Source: Verrucomicrobiota bacterium
GTDB lineage: Bacteria > Verrucomicrobiota > Verrucomicrobiia > Limisphaerales > CANJXF01
Length of the DNA: 64,000 nucleotides
Reading direction: 5' to 3'
Assembly (NCBI GenBank): GCA_038214755.1
Contig: JBBQRQ010000008.1
Span: 19,013-83,012, forward strand
The translations under genes were made by a program, and so were the position numbers. The notes beneath the pieces are model-generated. The model was not told the DNA's origin. It searched no databases and saw nothing but the letters and a program-made list of their open reading frames with translations. Positions 10,109 to 20,800 of the stretch are shown piece by piece. How positions within the stretch are numbered: the first letter of the stretch is position 1; the number at the start of each line of letters is the position of its first letter.

Positions 10109-11146
10109 TCATAACTTAACTATTTCTCCTTTTCTAATGGCTTCCTCACCCGCAATCGCCAGTAAGGTTGCATCCACACAATTTTTCACGCTGGTTAGCG
10201 GCTCAGATTTTTCCAAAATGCATTTCACAAATTCGAGGTGGATTTCATCGAAGCCCAGATGATTTCCCCAGCCTTCGCCGAAATTCGCGGCGACTTTGCG
10301 GATGATCGGTTCTTTCTGATTTGTTCCGCGTTTCCATTGCAGAATTTCGATTTGCGAAATGCGCGTTTGCAAGATGCCGCCGTCGCCGATGATTCCCATC
10401 TCCAAATCTTCGTGGGGAAAATCAAGCGCGAACATGCAGAGTTGATGCGTTCCGAGAACGCCATTTTCGTATTCAAAACTCATCGTGACGTGATCGTGGA
10501 CTTGATGCGGCCCTTCGATCACGCGATTGACCGCGTTCCCGCCGAACGCCGCGACACGTTTTGGTTTTGAGCTGACCCACCAGTTCATCAAATCGAAGTG
10601 ATGACAATTTTTATCGACGAGCGCGCCGCCGGAGCGGCGTTCATCCTGAATCCAATCCCGAGATTTTTTTTGAAACGGCCCGCGAAATTCTTTGCACCAA
10701 ACCATGCGGGGCGCACCGATTTCTCCCGCATCGACGAGCGATTTTATTTTCTGGAAAAACGGCGAGTAACGCAGTTCGTGGCCGATCATTATAACGCGAT
10801 CCGATTTTTCCGAAGCGGTCAGAAGTTTCTGACATTCCTCCCGCGTGATGCCACACGGCTTTTCGAGAAACAGATGCTTTCCTTCGCGTAAAATTTCGAG
10901 CGCGAGCGGGACGTGCGTAAAATTAGGAGTGGAAACGATGACGGCATCGAGCGGTGAAGCGATGAGTTCAGATTCGTTTTTGAAAACTTTTACTTTTGAT
11001 GAAAGTTCGAGAGCTTTTTTGATGTTCGCGTCGTTGGAAGAACAGATGGCGGCAATCTCGATTTGTTCGCCGCAAAGTTTTGCGAACGAATTCACGTGGC
11101 TGAACCCCATCGCGCCCAAGCCCAGAAAACCGAATCGCAGTTTCAC
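10109..11146 (-). CDS. Gfo/Idh/MocA-family oxidoreductase
   Basis: GFLGLGAMG, VSTPNFTH, LEKP, GGALVDKNCHHFD; GTG start chosen. Confidence 0.93.
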   Translation of the reverse strand: MKLRFGFLGLGAMGFSHVNSFAKLCGEQIEIAAICSSNDANIKKALELSSKVKVFKNESELIASPLDAVIVSTPNFTHVPLALEILREGKHLFLEKPCGITREECQKLLTASEKSDRVIMIGHELRYSPFFQKIKSLVDAGEIGAPRMVWCKEFRGPFQKKSRDWIQDERRSGGALVDKNCHHFDLMNWWVSSKPKRVAAFGGNAVNRVIEGPHQVHDHVTMSFEYENGVLGTHQLCMFALDFPHEDLEMGIIGDGGILQTRISQIEILQWKRGTNQKEPIIRKVAANFGEGWGNHLGFDEIHLEFVKCILEKSEPLTSVKNCVDATLLAIAGEEAIRKGEIVKL

Positions 11147-11211
11147 TTGAGAAGTAAATCCCACAACGTTTGCCGTTTGCAATTTCCATCCTGGCGCGAA
11201 ACACTTTCTCG

Positions 11212-12501
11212 GTGGAGACCAAACACATCGTGGTTCTCGGAGCGGGTTTCGGCGGTTTGACTTTTTGCCAGGATTTTCACCATGCCTCGGCTCGCGTGAC
11301 TTTGATTGACCGCCAAAATCATCATTTGTTTCAACCATTGCTCTATCAGGTCGCCTCCGCTGGTTTGTCCGCGCCAGACATCGCGCAACCGATTCGTTCG
11401 ATCCTCGCGGAGAAAGATAACCTCGTCGTGTTGATGGAAAACGTGGTCGATCTCGACTTGAAAGAAAGGCGCGTCACTCTCGAAAAGAAAAATCTTCATT
11501 ATGATTATCTAGTTTTAGCGCTCGGCAGCATGACCGGATATTTTGGTCATCCAGAATGGGAACCATTTGCTCCGGGATTAAAGACACTCGACGACGCCTT
11601 GCGGATTCGCCGCGAAATTTTATTCGCATTTGAAAAAGCCGAAACGGAAACGGATCCTGCGAAACGCGAACAACTTTTGACCATGGTCATCGTGGGCGGC
11701 GGGCCGACCGGCGTGGAGTTGGCGGGCGCTTTTGCGGAATTGCGCCGTTACGTTTTGGCGCGAGACTTCGATCACATTGATCCAACCAAAGCGCGCGTGA
11801 TTTTGATCGAGGCCAGCCCGCGCGTGTTGTCGCATTTGTCAGAGCACCTTTCCGAAAGCACGCAGGAACAGCTTGAGAAACTTGGCGTGGAAGTTCGCCT
11901 GAACACGCGCGTCAAAAACATCACGAGCAAATGTGTCGAGTTTGTCAGCGGCGAAATGATCCATGCCGAAAATATTATTTGGGCGGCGGGCGTGGCGGCC
12001 TCGCCCTTGACTAAAAAACTGGGCGCGGAACTCGACAAAGCGGGCCGCGTGAAAGTGAATTCCGATTTAAGTTTGCCGGATCATCCCGAAGTTTTTGCGA
12101 TTGGCGACATGGCGCTGGTGCTCGACGAAGACGGCAAACAAGTTCCCGGCGTTTCTCCCGCTGCGATGCAAATGGCGCGGCACGTTTCGCAAATCATTCA
12201 CGAGGAACTGACTTATCCCGGTCGCGCGGAACGTCCGCGATTCAAATATTGGGACAAAGGAACGATGGCGACGATTGGCCGTTCCGCGGCCGTCGCGAAA
12301 ATTAAAAATTTTGAATTCACGGGATACTTTGCGTGGCTGGCCTGGCTGTTTATTCACCTGCTTTTTCTGGTGGGACTTCGCAACAAAATTTCCGTTTTGT
12401 TTTCGTGGGCCTATTCCTACTTCACCTACAAACGCGGGTCGCGAATCATCACGGGTCTGCAAAACGACGACGCGGTTCAGAACCTGGGCGATACGGTTTA
12501 A
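11212..12501 (+). CDS. ndh: Type II NADH dehydrogenase (NDH-2)
   Basis: VVLGAGFGG, HLFQPLLYQVA, VGGGPTGVELAG, IWAAG, FAIGD. Confidence 0.92.
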   Translation: METKHIVVLGAGFGGLTFCQDFHHASARVTLIDRQNHHLFQPLLYQVASAGLSAPDIAQPIRSILAEKDNLVVLMENVVDLDLKERRVTLEKKNLHYDYLVLALGSMTGYFGHPEWEPFAPGLKTLDDALRIRREILFAFEKAETETDPAKREQLLTMVIVGGGPTGVELAGAFAELRRYVLARDFDHIDPTKARVILIEASPRVLSHLSEHLSESTQEQLEKLGVEVRLNTRVKNITSKCVEFVSGEMIHAENIIWAAGVAASPLTKKLGAELDKAGRVKVNSDLSLPDHPEVFAIGDMALVLDEDGKQVPGVSPAAMQMARHVSQIIHEELTYPGRAERPRFKYWDKGTMATIGRSAAVAKIKNFEFTGYFAWLAWLFIHLLFLVGLRNKISVLFSWAYSYFTYKRGSRIITGLQNDDAVQNLGDTV

Positions 12502-12608
12502 AATTAAAAGGGTTCTCGCGATCACCTTCACGGACAAATCCTTTTTATCGCTTTGGATGCGAGACGCGGAATTGACCCTCTGCACGGGAAGTGCTACCTA
12601 CCTCGCTA

Positions 12609-12863
12609 ATGAAATCCACCTTCACCATCGCGGAAGCTCAGGCCAATTTTTCCAGGATCGCTCGAAGCAATTCGGTGGTCGGCATTTCCAAGAACAGCAA
12701 AGTGATCGGCTTTTACATTCCGCGAGAACGGTTTGAGGGCTTGCTCGAAACGATGGAAATTCTCGCCAACCCCGAAGCCATTAAATGGATCAACGCGGAT
12801 AAGGCAGGCAAGCTTAAATATAAACCATTGGCCGAGTGCGAAAAAGAATGGGGGATCGATTGA
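12609..12863 (+). CDS. Phd/YefM-family antitoxin
   Basis: FTIAEAQANFSRI, LLETMEILANPEA. Confidence 0.85.
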   Translation: MKSTFTIAEAQANFSRIARSNSVVGISKNSKVIGFYIPRERFEGLLETMEILANPEAIKWINADKAGKLKYKPLAECEKEWGID

Positions 12864-13147
12864 TCCGTTTGTCTCCGCAAGTTAACGCCTACATTAAAAC
12901 GCTTCCACCGGAGACCCGCCGAAAAGTTCGGGACGCCTTGCGCGGGTTGGAGCAAGGTCAAGGAGAGATTGCCCCGCTCCAGAGGCAACTCGAAGGTTAT
13001 CACCGCCTCAAACTTCCGCCCCGCCGGGTAATCTTACGCTATCAGGAAAGCTCTCGCGGCCCGGAATGCTATTGCGCCTTCATCGAAATGCGCGACGTGG
13101 TTTACGAAGCTTTTGCCGCCATTGTCTCCGGGCAAGAACATATCTAA
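12860..13147 (+). CDS. RelE-like toxin
   Basis: LEGYHRLKL..RVILRY, RDVVYE; 4-nt overlap with the antitoxin. Confidence 0.8.
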   Translation: MIRLSPQVNAYIKTLPPETRRKVRDALRGLEQGQGEIAPLQRQLEGYHRLKLPPRRVILRYQESSRGPECYCAFIEMRDVVYEAFAAIVSGQEHI

Positions 13148-13231
13148 TCGAACACGGTCCAAGTTTGTCGCCTTATTCCCAGTGCCGGACTCAGCGCTTG
13201 TGTTTGGTTAGCGCGACTTTAAACTGTCTTT

Positions 13232-13495
13232 ATGAAAACGCTGACCGCCACCGAAGCTCGCCAGAATATTGGCAACTGGCTTTCTCGTGCCATCAAAGGC
13301 GAAGACATCGGGATTGTTTATGAAGGGAAAGTTGTCGCGCTTCGTCCCGTGGAAGTTTACAGCGAGGATTACGCCATGATGGAATACGGCGTGACCGAAC
13401 AAGAATTAAAGCGTTTCGATAAAAAAATGTTGAAACAACTCCAGAATGAAAAATCCAACCTCTGGGACGGAACCGCCAATGGCCTTCGCGGTTGA
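13232..13495 (+). CDS. Phd/YefM-like antitoxin
   Basis: MKTLTATEARQNIGNWLSRAIKGEDIGI. Confidence 0.82.
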   Translation: MKTLTATEARQNIGNWLSRAIKGEDIGIVYEGKVVALRPVEVYSEDYAMMEYGVTEQELKRFDKKMLKQLQNEKSNLWDGTANGLRG

Positions 13496-13766
13496 ACCGG
13501 GCACTACTTGGAAACGCTGGGCGAAACACCGCACGAACGCCGAACTTCAAGCCATCTCCGAACGGCTGGAGCAACTCAAAGAAGATTTCGGCAAACCGCA
13601 CCAACATGCCGGCCTTGGGGTCCGGCGTTTGTCTCAACATTTTTTTGAGTTTAGAATCTCCCGCGACGTGCGCGTCGTTTTCGCATTGATCAAACCAAAC
13701 ATCATTCGTCTGGCTATGTGCGGCAATCACAATGAAGTCAGAAACTGGATCAAAGAAAATTCTTAA
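13479..13766 (+). CDS. RelE/YafQ-like toxin
   Basis: PHQHAGLGVRRL, FEFRISRDVRVVF, GNHNEV; overlaps the antitoxin. Confidence 0.78.
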   Translation: MAFAVEPGTTWKRWAKHRTNAELQAISERLEQLKEDFGKPHQHAGLGVRRLSQHFFEFRISRDVRVVFALIKPNIIRLAMCGNHNEVRNWIKENS

Positions 13767-13801
13767 TCATTGGGATTGTCGCGATGGATTGGACATTCAA
13801 A

Positions 13802-14030
13802 TCATGCCTTCAACTTCGCGATCAAATCCTTGCTCTCCACCGTATCCCCGACTTGCGCGAAGATTTTATCCACTGTTCCGTCCGCCGACGTTGCCGAAAT
13901 CGCGGTTGAATTTTGTAAACTCAGCAAAAACTTCGGGATACATCAAATGGCTGTAAAGATCATCCTCGGTCGCCTCGCGTTTCAATTTGCCGGAAATTTC
14001 TTCGCGAACTTTTTTCAAGTTGGCGGGTCT
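13802..14030 (-). pseudogene. Orphan diverged pyc 3' end with a ~365-bp internal deletion
   Basis: NLKKVREEISGKLKREATEDDLYSHLMYPEVFAEFTKFNRDF joined out of frame to SADGTVDKIFAQVGDTVESKDLIAKLKA*. Confidence 0.95.
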
Positions 14031-14053
14031 GCAATGCGCGCTCGGACGGTCAA

Positions 14054-15042
14054 TCAACGTTCCTTTATCCCAGTAAAAAATACGATTGTTTCGACTTTTT
14101 CCTGCCACTTCAAATTACCTTGCCACCGCAGCAGTGGCGGGATGACTTTTTGAAATTTTTCGGGGGCGTCCTCGAAATAAATCACTTCAACATTTTCCAA
14201 TTCAAGAATAGCGGACTTGTCGGCCTTGACGATTTCCCAAAAATCAGACTCCCTGAGAGCAAATATCTCTTTGCAATCAGCGAACATTTTTATTTGCTCT
14301 GCCAGCGATGCGACTCGGATGTTTGAAAGTGGTTTGGTTGCACGAGCCGTCAACTCAACCTGATGGAGTTTCCCGTTGATTCCAAACCCGACTCGCAAGC
14401 CGCCGTAGTAATGCCCAGTCACAACTCGATACCCATCAATCGCGCGCCGGAAAAATACATGCCGGGAAACGACGCGCGTCGGTTTGTTGTATGAGTCGCG
14501 TTCTGTTTTTTCAAAGACGTAATCCAACCTCTCCGCGGTAGGATGTTTCATCAAATCCACATCTTTATTCAGTCCAAGAAGCTGCGCCATTTCCAATCCG
14601 CGTCGCACGGTTTCTTCTTCTCCCGGTGCTGCTCCGGTAACATTAGTGATTGCGCCAAGACACCGTATCGAATCCATCCTTGGGCGGGGATAATCGTCAG
14701 CGTGTGTGTCTGTTCCAAACTTCCATAGTATTTAACTCCCGGAGTTCCGAACACTCCTCGGTTATTTCCTTTGAAAGTCTTTTGTGAATCAAGCCCTCCC
14801 ATTCTCAAAAGAGTAGCGATGGTTGCTGGCGATAACTGACGCGGGACGACGCTCTGCACTGCGATCTGGTCAGGAATTTTGCATCTCAGCAGTTCTTTCG
14901 TGGAAACGACTTTGGGGCAAAACCGCACCGGCTCGCCTAAACTTCTTAATGCTTTGCGAGAGGCCTGCTCGTAATCCGAAGCCAACGCTTGCCCAACCGA
15001 CAGCCATACCACCAAAAGGCTGCAACTCCATCGCGTCATCAT
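14054..15042 (-). pseudogene. Secreted hypothetical protein (FTP/PepSY/YcdB-like features) split by a frameshift near 14660
   Basis: Signal-peptide ORF 15042-14569 overlaps ORF 14677-14054; RHVFFRRAIDGYRV..GLRVGFGINGKL. Confidence 0.5.
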
Positions 15043-17318
15043 TGCGGCGTGTAAACGGTTGTCTTGTCGAAGTGAAGATTTTCAACTGAGCGACCGGCCA
15101 AACTGAAATTGGCTGAGAAGGGCTGGAATCTGTCGGTTAAGGTGTAAGCTCCGCTTTCTTGGCGAGCGTCCCAATATAGATAGCTCATTATGACCGTATG
15201 ATCGATCAGAGGTTTTCCCCTTTTTCGGCGGCTCTCATTTTCAGCCGCGTGCGCGCGTCGCCCGGCTTCCACCCAGGCGTTGATGACGGTCATAGGTGTG
15301 CCGTTTAATTCTCCTTGTAGACCTTGCGCCCAAAGCCTGCCCATTGTTGGGTAAATGTAGATGGTCGATCCAGTGGCAAGATACACATTCAAGGAAGCGC
15401 TCATCGGCCAAAAGCCCCGTTCCTTCACACCCCCCGCCCAACGGGTTTGCGTCAAAGCATTGCACCCGTAGTAGCCCATCCACTTAAGAAATTGGCTTCC
15501 GAATCTCATTTCCGCATCGGGAACCCATGTGTAACCATTGGTGTTCTGGCTGCTGTTGTACAAAGGATAGCTTGCCAGCGAACCAAACGTCCCTGAGGGC
15601 CAGCCGGGTGGATTATATTCAACGGTGTGTCCGGCTAAAATGCCGATGTTACAGCCCGAATTAAATTTGCTGTTAAGCGAATTAATTCCCTGAGGAGTCT
15701 TGCCCGCGCCCACAAGATTGGTTTTGGTGAGTGCATCATCAATCAGATGAAAATTATTCCTCCAAGAAGGAAATTTCGTGGATTTCGCCCCCTGCGCCAT
15801 TTTATCTATGAACCCTTTTGCAACGGCCGTTGCGTTCTGTAGCGGCCCATACGCCCACGCCGTTTTAGGATGATGCCCCTGCGAACCTGCGCCAGTCACG
15901 CCGACAAACGACATTTGGGTGCGGCCGGGCTCTCGGTGAGGATCTCGGGTGGTTTGATTAGTTTGGCTTCCTGCAACCGCAGGTTGAAACGCATCGAGAT
16001 TTTCTGATGATAACGTGGTGGGTTCGATTGAACTTTTCGCAACGGCTGGAGTTTTCTGAAAAGAAGGATTAGCGCTTAGTTGAGCGATCATGCCCGGCGG
16101 CAGCGGTGGCAACTCCGGCTCCATTAGTTGGCTACCCCGTGCAGCTTCATTAGCTTTTAATGCGGCCTTGCGTGCCACAAACCACGGAACCCGCTTCGCA
16201 CGATGAGCAAGAGCCGAAGAAGCAGCAGAATCTATTGGCAATGGAATCGAGAAATAGCCATTTTTAATTGGTTTTTCTACAAATGATTTTGCTCCTTCGA
16301 TGGCGGAACCTGACTCAGTGCTCTGCAATGACCCCGGAGCCGGTGGCGGGTCACTCGGCGGTGAATTCGTGTCTTCGCCTTCGCTGGATTGGCCCCCTCC
16401 AATAACCGCTGCGGTCAAAATGTAATCATAATATCCCGGCGGATAAAAATTGTTAAAGCCGTCGGAGCCGTCCCATTCCCCATAGATTTCCGTTCCCGTG
16501 CCCGTTATCATTTTTACCGTATTCTCATTCTCGTCCACGATTTCAACGCTCCAATCGCAATTAAGAACAAGGTTTGCGTAAACGATTTGCTCTTCTGGAA
16601 AAGAAGGATCAAAAGGATCAAAGAATGGATTCACAATAGTGAAGTCTTGAATCAAATTATCGAAATGAAGCGTGATTGGCGCAGAACATCCGACATCGAG
16701 ATTGCCGCTGGTGTCGTCACCTGCGCCGCCCGTCGTTTCCCCGGACGTAGCAAGTTCAACGGTGGCATGGATTACATGATCTCCATTAATCCATTCGCAT
16801 GTATTTATGGAGAACTGGAAAGAATCAACGTCCGTTTCTTCATCGACTCGTTGTCCGTCAACATAGAGGCGAATCCAACCTACCTGATTGGTTGTGTTAA
16901 CGGTTACTTCGACGATCAAATTGCTGCTGACTGTCGCATTGTTCGTTGGCGCAACGATGGAAATCGAAACAGGCGCGTTCGTGGATTGCGCGACTTGCCG
17001 CACTCGATAAAAACGATGAGGCCTGTCAGCGGGGTGAAGGATTCGGTTTAACGCAGTCGGGTCACCATAATCGAGCCACGTCGTATTTGTGCCTTGCGAA
17101 ACAATGCGTTGTTCCCTCGGGATAAACGCCAAATTGCCATCCTGATCTACTGCCGAAAGATTTCCCACAGACTGAACCTCATACACCGCGCCGGTTTCAC
17201 TCTGCCAATGCAGTTGAATGGATAAATCGTCGAAGACGCGAGGCTGTTTGAGCACGGGTTGCGCGAGAAGCGGCGAGGCGGCGATTGAGAAGAGAAGAAT
17301 GAGTTGGTTACGTTTCAT
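15039..17318 (-). CDS. Secreted multidomain protein: Ig-like, FlgD-like and C-terminal DUF6345-like domains
   Basis: Signal peptide MKRNQLILLFSIAASPLLA; IRLYVDG; WDGSD..YPPGYYDY; GILAGH...FGSQFLKWMGYYGCNAL. Confidence 0.75.
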   Translation of the reverse strand: MKRNQLILLFSIAASPLLAQPVLKQPRVFDDLSIQLHWQSETGAVYEVQSVGNLSAVDQDGNLAFIPREQRIVSQGTNTTWLDYGDPTALNRILHPADRPHRFYRVRQVAQSTNAPVSISIVAPTNNATVSSNLIVEVTVNTTNQVGWIRLYVDGQRVDEETDVDSFQFSINTCEWINGDHVIHATVELATSGETTGGAGDDTSGNLDVGCSAPITLHFDNLIQDFTIVNPFFDPFDPSFPEEQIVYANLVLNCDWSVEIVDENENTVKMITGTGTEIYGEWDGSDGFNNFYPPGYYDYILTAAVIGGGQSSEGEDTNSPPSDPPPAPGSLQSTESGSAIEGAKSFVEKPIKNGYFSIPLPIDSAASSALAHRAKRVPWFVARKAALKANEAARGSQLMEPELPPLPPGMIAQLSANPSFQKTPAVAKSSIEPTTLSSENLDAFQPAVAGSQTNQTTRDPHREPGRTQMSFVGVTGAGSQGHHPKTAWAYGPLQNATAVAKGFIDKMAQGAKSTKFPSWRNNFHLIDDALTKTNLVGAGKTPQGINSLNSKFNSGCNIGILAGHTVEYNPPGWPSGTFGSLASYPLYNSSQNTNGYTWVPDAEMRFGSQFLKWMGYYGCNALTQTRWAGGVKERGFWPMSASLNVYLATGSTIYIYPTMGRLWAQGLQGELNGTPMTVINAWVEAGRRAHAAENESRRKRGKPLIDHTVIMSYLYWDARQESGAYTLTDRFQPFSANFSLAGRSVENLHFDKTTVYTPQ

Positions 17319-17471
17319 ATTTAAGTTTTTTTTGGAAATCCATACGAATCCTCGCTCGGCAATTTTCACGGTTGCGCGGCCACTCTCCGCGGTCTGCGTA
17401 AGTGAAGCAAGCACAAAACTTAGCCTGCGGGTTATGGCCGGTTTTTTTGCTGCTTGTTTCTGTAATCGCCC

Positions 17472-17714
17472 GTGTCAGAAATTCCACAACATCGACTTGC
17501 CGTCGCCAAAACGATTCGCAAGTATCGGCTCAAAGCGGATTGGAGTCAGGAAAAACTCGCAGAAATGGCGGACCTTCATCCCGTTCATATTAGCAATCTG
17601 GAACACGGGAAAAAAAATATTTCTTTGGACACGCTCGTGAAAGTCGCCGACGCGTTGGGAGTTCAATTGTCCCAGTTGGTTCGCAATGTTCAGCCAAAAG
17701 AGAAGAACGACTAG
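17472..17714 (+). CDS. XRE-family HTH regulator
   Basis: IRKYR..WSQEKLAE..ISNLEHGKKNISLDTLVKVADALGV. Confidence 0.92.
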   Translation: MSEIPQHRLAVAKTIRKYRLKADWSQEKLAEMADLHPVHISNLEHGKKNISLDTLVKVADALGVQLSQLVRNVQPKEKND

Positions 17715-17805
17715 AGGCGTGGGATTGTATCTCCGGTAAACGACTTGCGATTTTAAGTGGGTGTAACTGGTATATGACACACGTTCGGAATCGGCGCTTT
17801 GATTC

Positions 17806-20800
17806 TTATCCCTTCAACTTCACGATCAAATCCTTGCTCTCCACCGTGTCGCCGACTTGCGCGAAAATTTTGTCCACCGTCCCGTCCGCTGACGCGTAAA
17901 TTGTCGTCTGCATTTTCATCGCTTCCATCGTGAGCAGCTTGTCGCCTTTCGCCACTTTCGCTCCAACGGTGGCGTTGACTGTTGTAATCAAACCGGGAAT
18001 CGGCGCGCCGATTTGCAATGGGTCGGCGGGATCGGCTTTGAGACGCGGCTTGGTTTTTGGCTGGACAGAACGATCTTGAATTGCCGTTTCGCGCGACATG
18101 CCGTTTAATTCAAAGGTGACAATTCTGCGCCCGTCCTTGTCCACTTGTCCGATGTTGATGAGACGAATAAAAAGCGTTTTGCCTTCTTCGATGTCCACGG
18201 AAACTTCCTCGCCCGGTTTCAGTCCATAAAAAAAGGCGGGAGTCGGCAACACGCCCACATCGCTGAAATCGCGATTGAATTTTGTGAACTCAGCAAAAAC
18301 GTCGGGATACATCAAATGGCTGTAAAGATCGTCTGCGGTCGCTTCGCGTTTCAATTTCCCGGAAATTTCTTCGCGAACTTTTTTCAAATTCAGCGGTTTC
18401 AAATTCGCGCCTGGCCTGGTCGTCATCGGCTTTTGATTTCCCAAAACGACTTGCTGCAATTTTTTCGGCCAGCCGCCAAGAGGTTGTCCGAGATTGCCCA
18501 TGAGCATGTCGATGACGGACTCGGGAAATGGCGTGGCGCCCGGTTCCAAATTCAAAACATCCGCCGGCTTGATGCCGCGCGTGATCAAAAACATCGCCAT
18601 GTCTCCGACGACTTTGCTGCTCGGCGTGACTTTGACAATGTCGCCGAAAAGTTGGTTTACCTCGGCGTAAGTGCGCGCTATTTCCGGCCAGCGATTTCCC
18701 AGACCCATGCTCGCCGCTTGCTCCTTGAGATTCGTGTATTGGCCGCCCGGCATTTCGTGCAGATAAACTTCCGCGCTGCCACTGCGCGGGGCGGTGTCGA
18801 ACGGTTTGTAAAATTGCTGAACGTGCTCCCAGTAATCGGAAAATTCATCGAGCGTTTCCAAATTCAATTCGGTGTCGCGCGGAGTATTTTTCAGCGCGGC
18901 CACGAGCGAATTCAAATTCGGCTGGCTCGTTGAACCACTCATTGACGCAATCGCCAAATCCACCACATCCACATTCGCGTCGCTGGCGCGCAAAATTGCG
19001 GAGGCGTTGATCCCGCTTGAATCGTGCGTGTGAAAGTGAATGGGAATTCCGATTTCTTCTTTCAACGCTTTGACCAATTGAAAGGCGGCGTACGGCCGGC
19101 ACAATCCGGCCATGTCTTTGATCGCGAGAAAATGCGCGCCCATCCGTTCGAGTTCCTTCGCGAGGTTCACATAATATTTCAGAGAATATTTTGTGCGCTT
19201 CGGGTCGAGAATATCGCCGGTGTAACAAATGGCCGGTTCGCAAATCGCCCGCGTTTTCTGCACCGCCTCCATCGCGACTTTCAAATTCGGCGTGTAATTG
19301 AGCGAATCGAAAATCCGAAAAATATCGATGCCCGCTTCCGCGGAATGCTTTACAAAACCGGCGACGACATTGTCGGGATAATTGGAATAGCCCACCGCAT
19401 TCGAGCCACGAAAAAGCATTTGGAAACAGATGTTGGGAATGCGTTCGCGAAGTTGGCGGAGCCTTTTCCACGGGTCTTCGTGGAGAAAACGCATCGCGGT
19501 ATCGAAGGTCGCGCCGCCCCACATTTCCAAACTGAAAAGTTCCGGCGTGCGGCGAGCCACTGCGCCTGCAATCGCGAGCATGTCGTAGGAACGAACGCGC
19601 GTGGCGAGGAGCGATTGGTGCGCGTCACGAAACGTAGTGTCGGTGATGAGCAAACGTTTTTGTTTCAGCGTCCATTCGGCAAATTTTTTCGGGCCAAGTT
19701 CAATAAGGAGTTGGCGCGTGCCCTTCGTTGGAATTTGTTTGTGGTCGTAAGTAGGAGGAGTCGCTGGCGTCAGCGCCTTTTGCGGGAGGTAACCTTTGGC
19801 TTGCGGATTGCCGTTGATGATGACGTCGCCTAAAAAATTCAGAAGCTTGGTCGCGCGGTCGCGGCGCGGCTTGAACTTGAACAACTCCGGCGTGGTGTCG
19901 ATGAGTGTAGTGGTCGCAAATCCATCGCGAAAAACTTTGTTGTGAATGACATTCTCAAGAAAGGGGATGTTCGTCTTGACTCCGCGAATTCTGAATTCCC
20001 GCAAGACGCGATCCATGCGTTGCAGCGCCATGTGAAAATCCTGGCCGCTCGCCGTAATTTTCACGAGCAATGAATCGTAAAACGGCGTGATGACAGAACC
20101 GGCGTAACCCATGCCGCCGTCCAAACGAACACCAAAGCCGCCCGCTGATCGATAGGTCAAAATTTTTCCGTAATCGGGCGTGAATTTATTTTCCGGATCT
20201 TCCGTGGTGACGCGGCATTGCACGGCGCAACCGTTGCGTGGAATTTTTTCCTGAGGCGGCAAATTAATTTCCGGCCCGTGCAAAGCGAATCCTTGCGCGA
20301 TCAAGATTTGCGCCCGCACCAAATCGATTCCCGTGATGACTTCGGTCACGGTGTGCTCGACCTGGATGCGTGGATTCATCTCGATGAAAAACCATTCCTT
20401 CGAGTCGAGGTTGTAGAGAAATTCAATCGTGCCCGCGTTGTCGTAACGAACTTCCTTCGCCATGCGCACCGCCGCGTCGCAAAGTTCACCGCGCACTTTT
20501 TCGTCGAGAGCAATGGACGGAGCGATCTCGATCACTTTTTGGTGGCGGCGCTGCACGGAGCAATCGCGTTCGTGCAGATGCAAAACATTTCCGTGTTTGT
20601 CGCCGAGGATTTGCACTTCGATGTGTTTGGCGCGCGGAATATATTTTTCCAAAAACACGGCGGAATTTCCGAAAGCGCGTTCGGCTTCACTGCGCGCTTC
20701 GTCGAGGAGATTTTGCAAATCGCCCGCTTTGTGAACGACGCGCATCCCGCGTCCGCCGCCACCGAAAGCGGCTTTGATGATGAGTGGGAAACCAATTTCC

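Noticed and set aside
8704..13766. Classical integron cassette array
   Set aside because: No integrase and no recognisable attC (RYYYAAC...GTTRRRY) sites between the TA modules.
4547..14030. Duplicated gene 3' ends as TR/VR pairs of a diversity-generating retroelement
   Set aside because: Differences are not adenine-specific (many C/T and G/T third-position changes), and there is no reverse transcriptase in the window.
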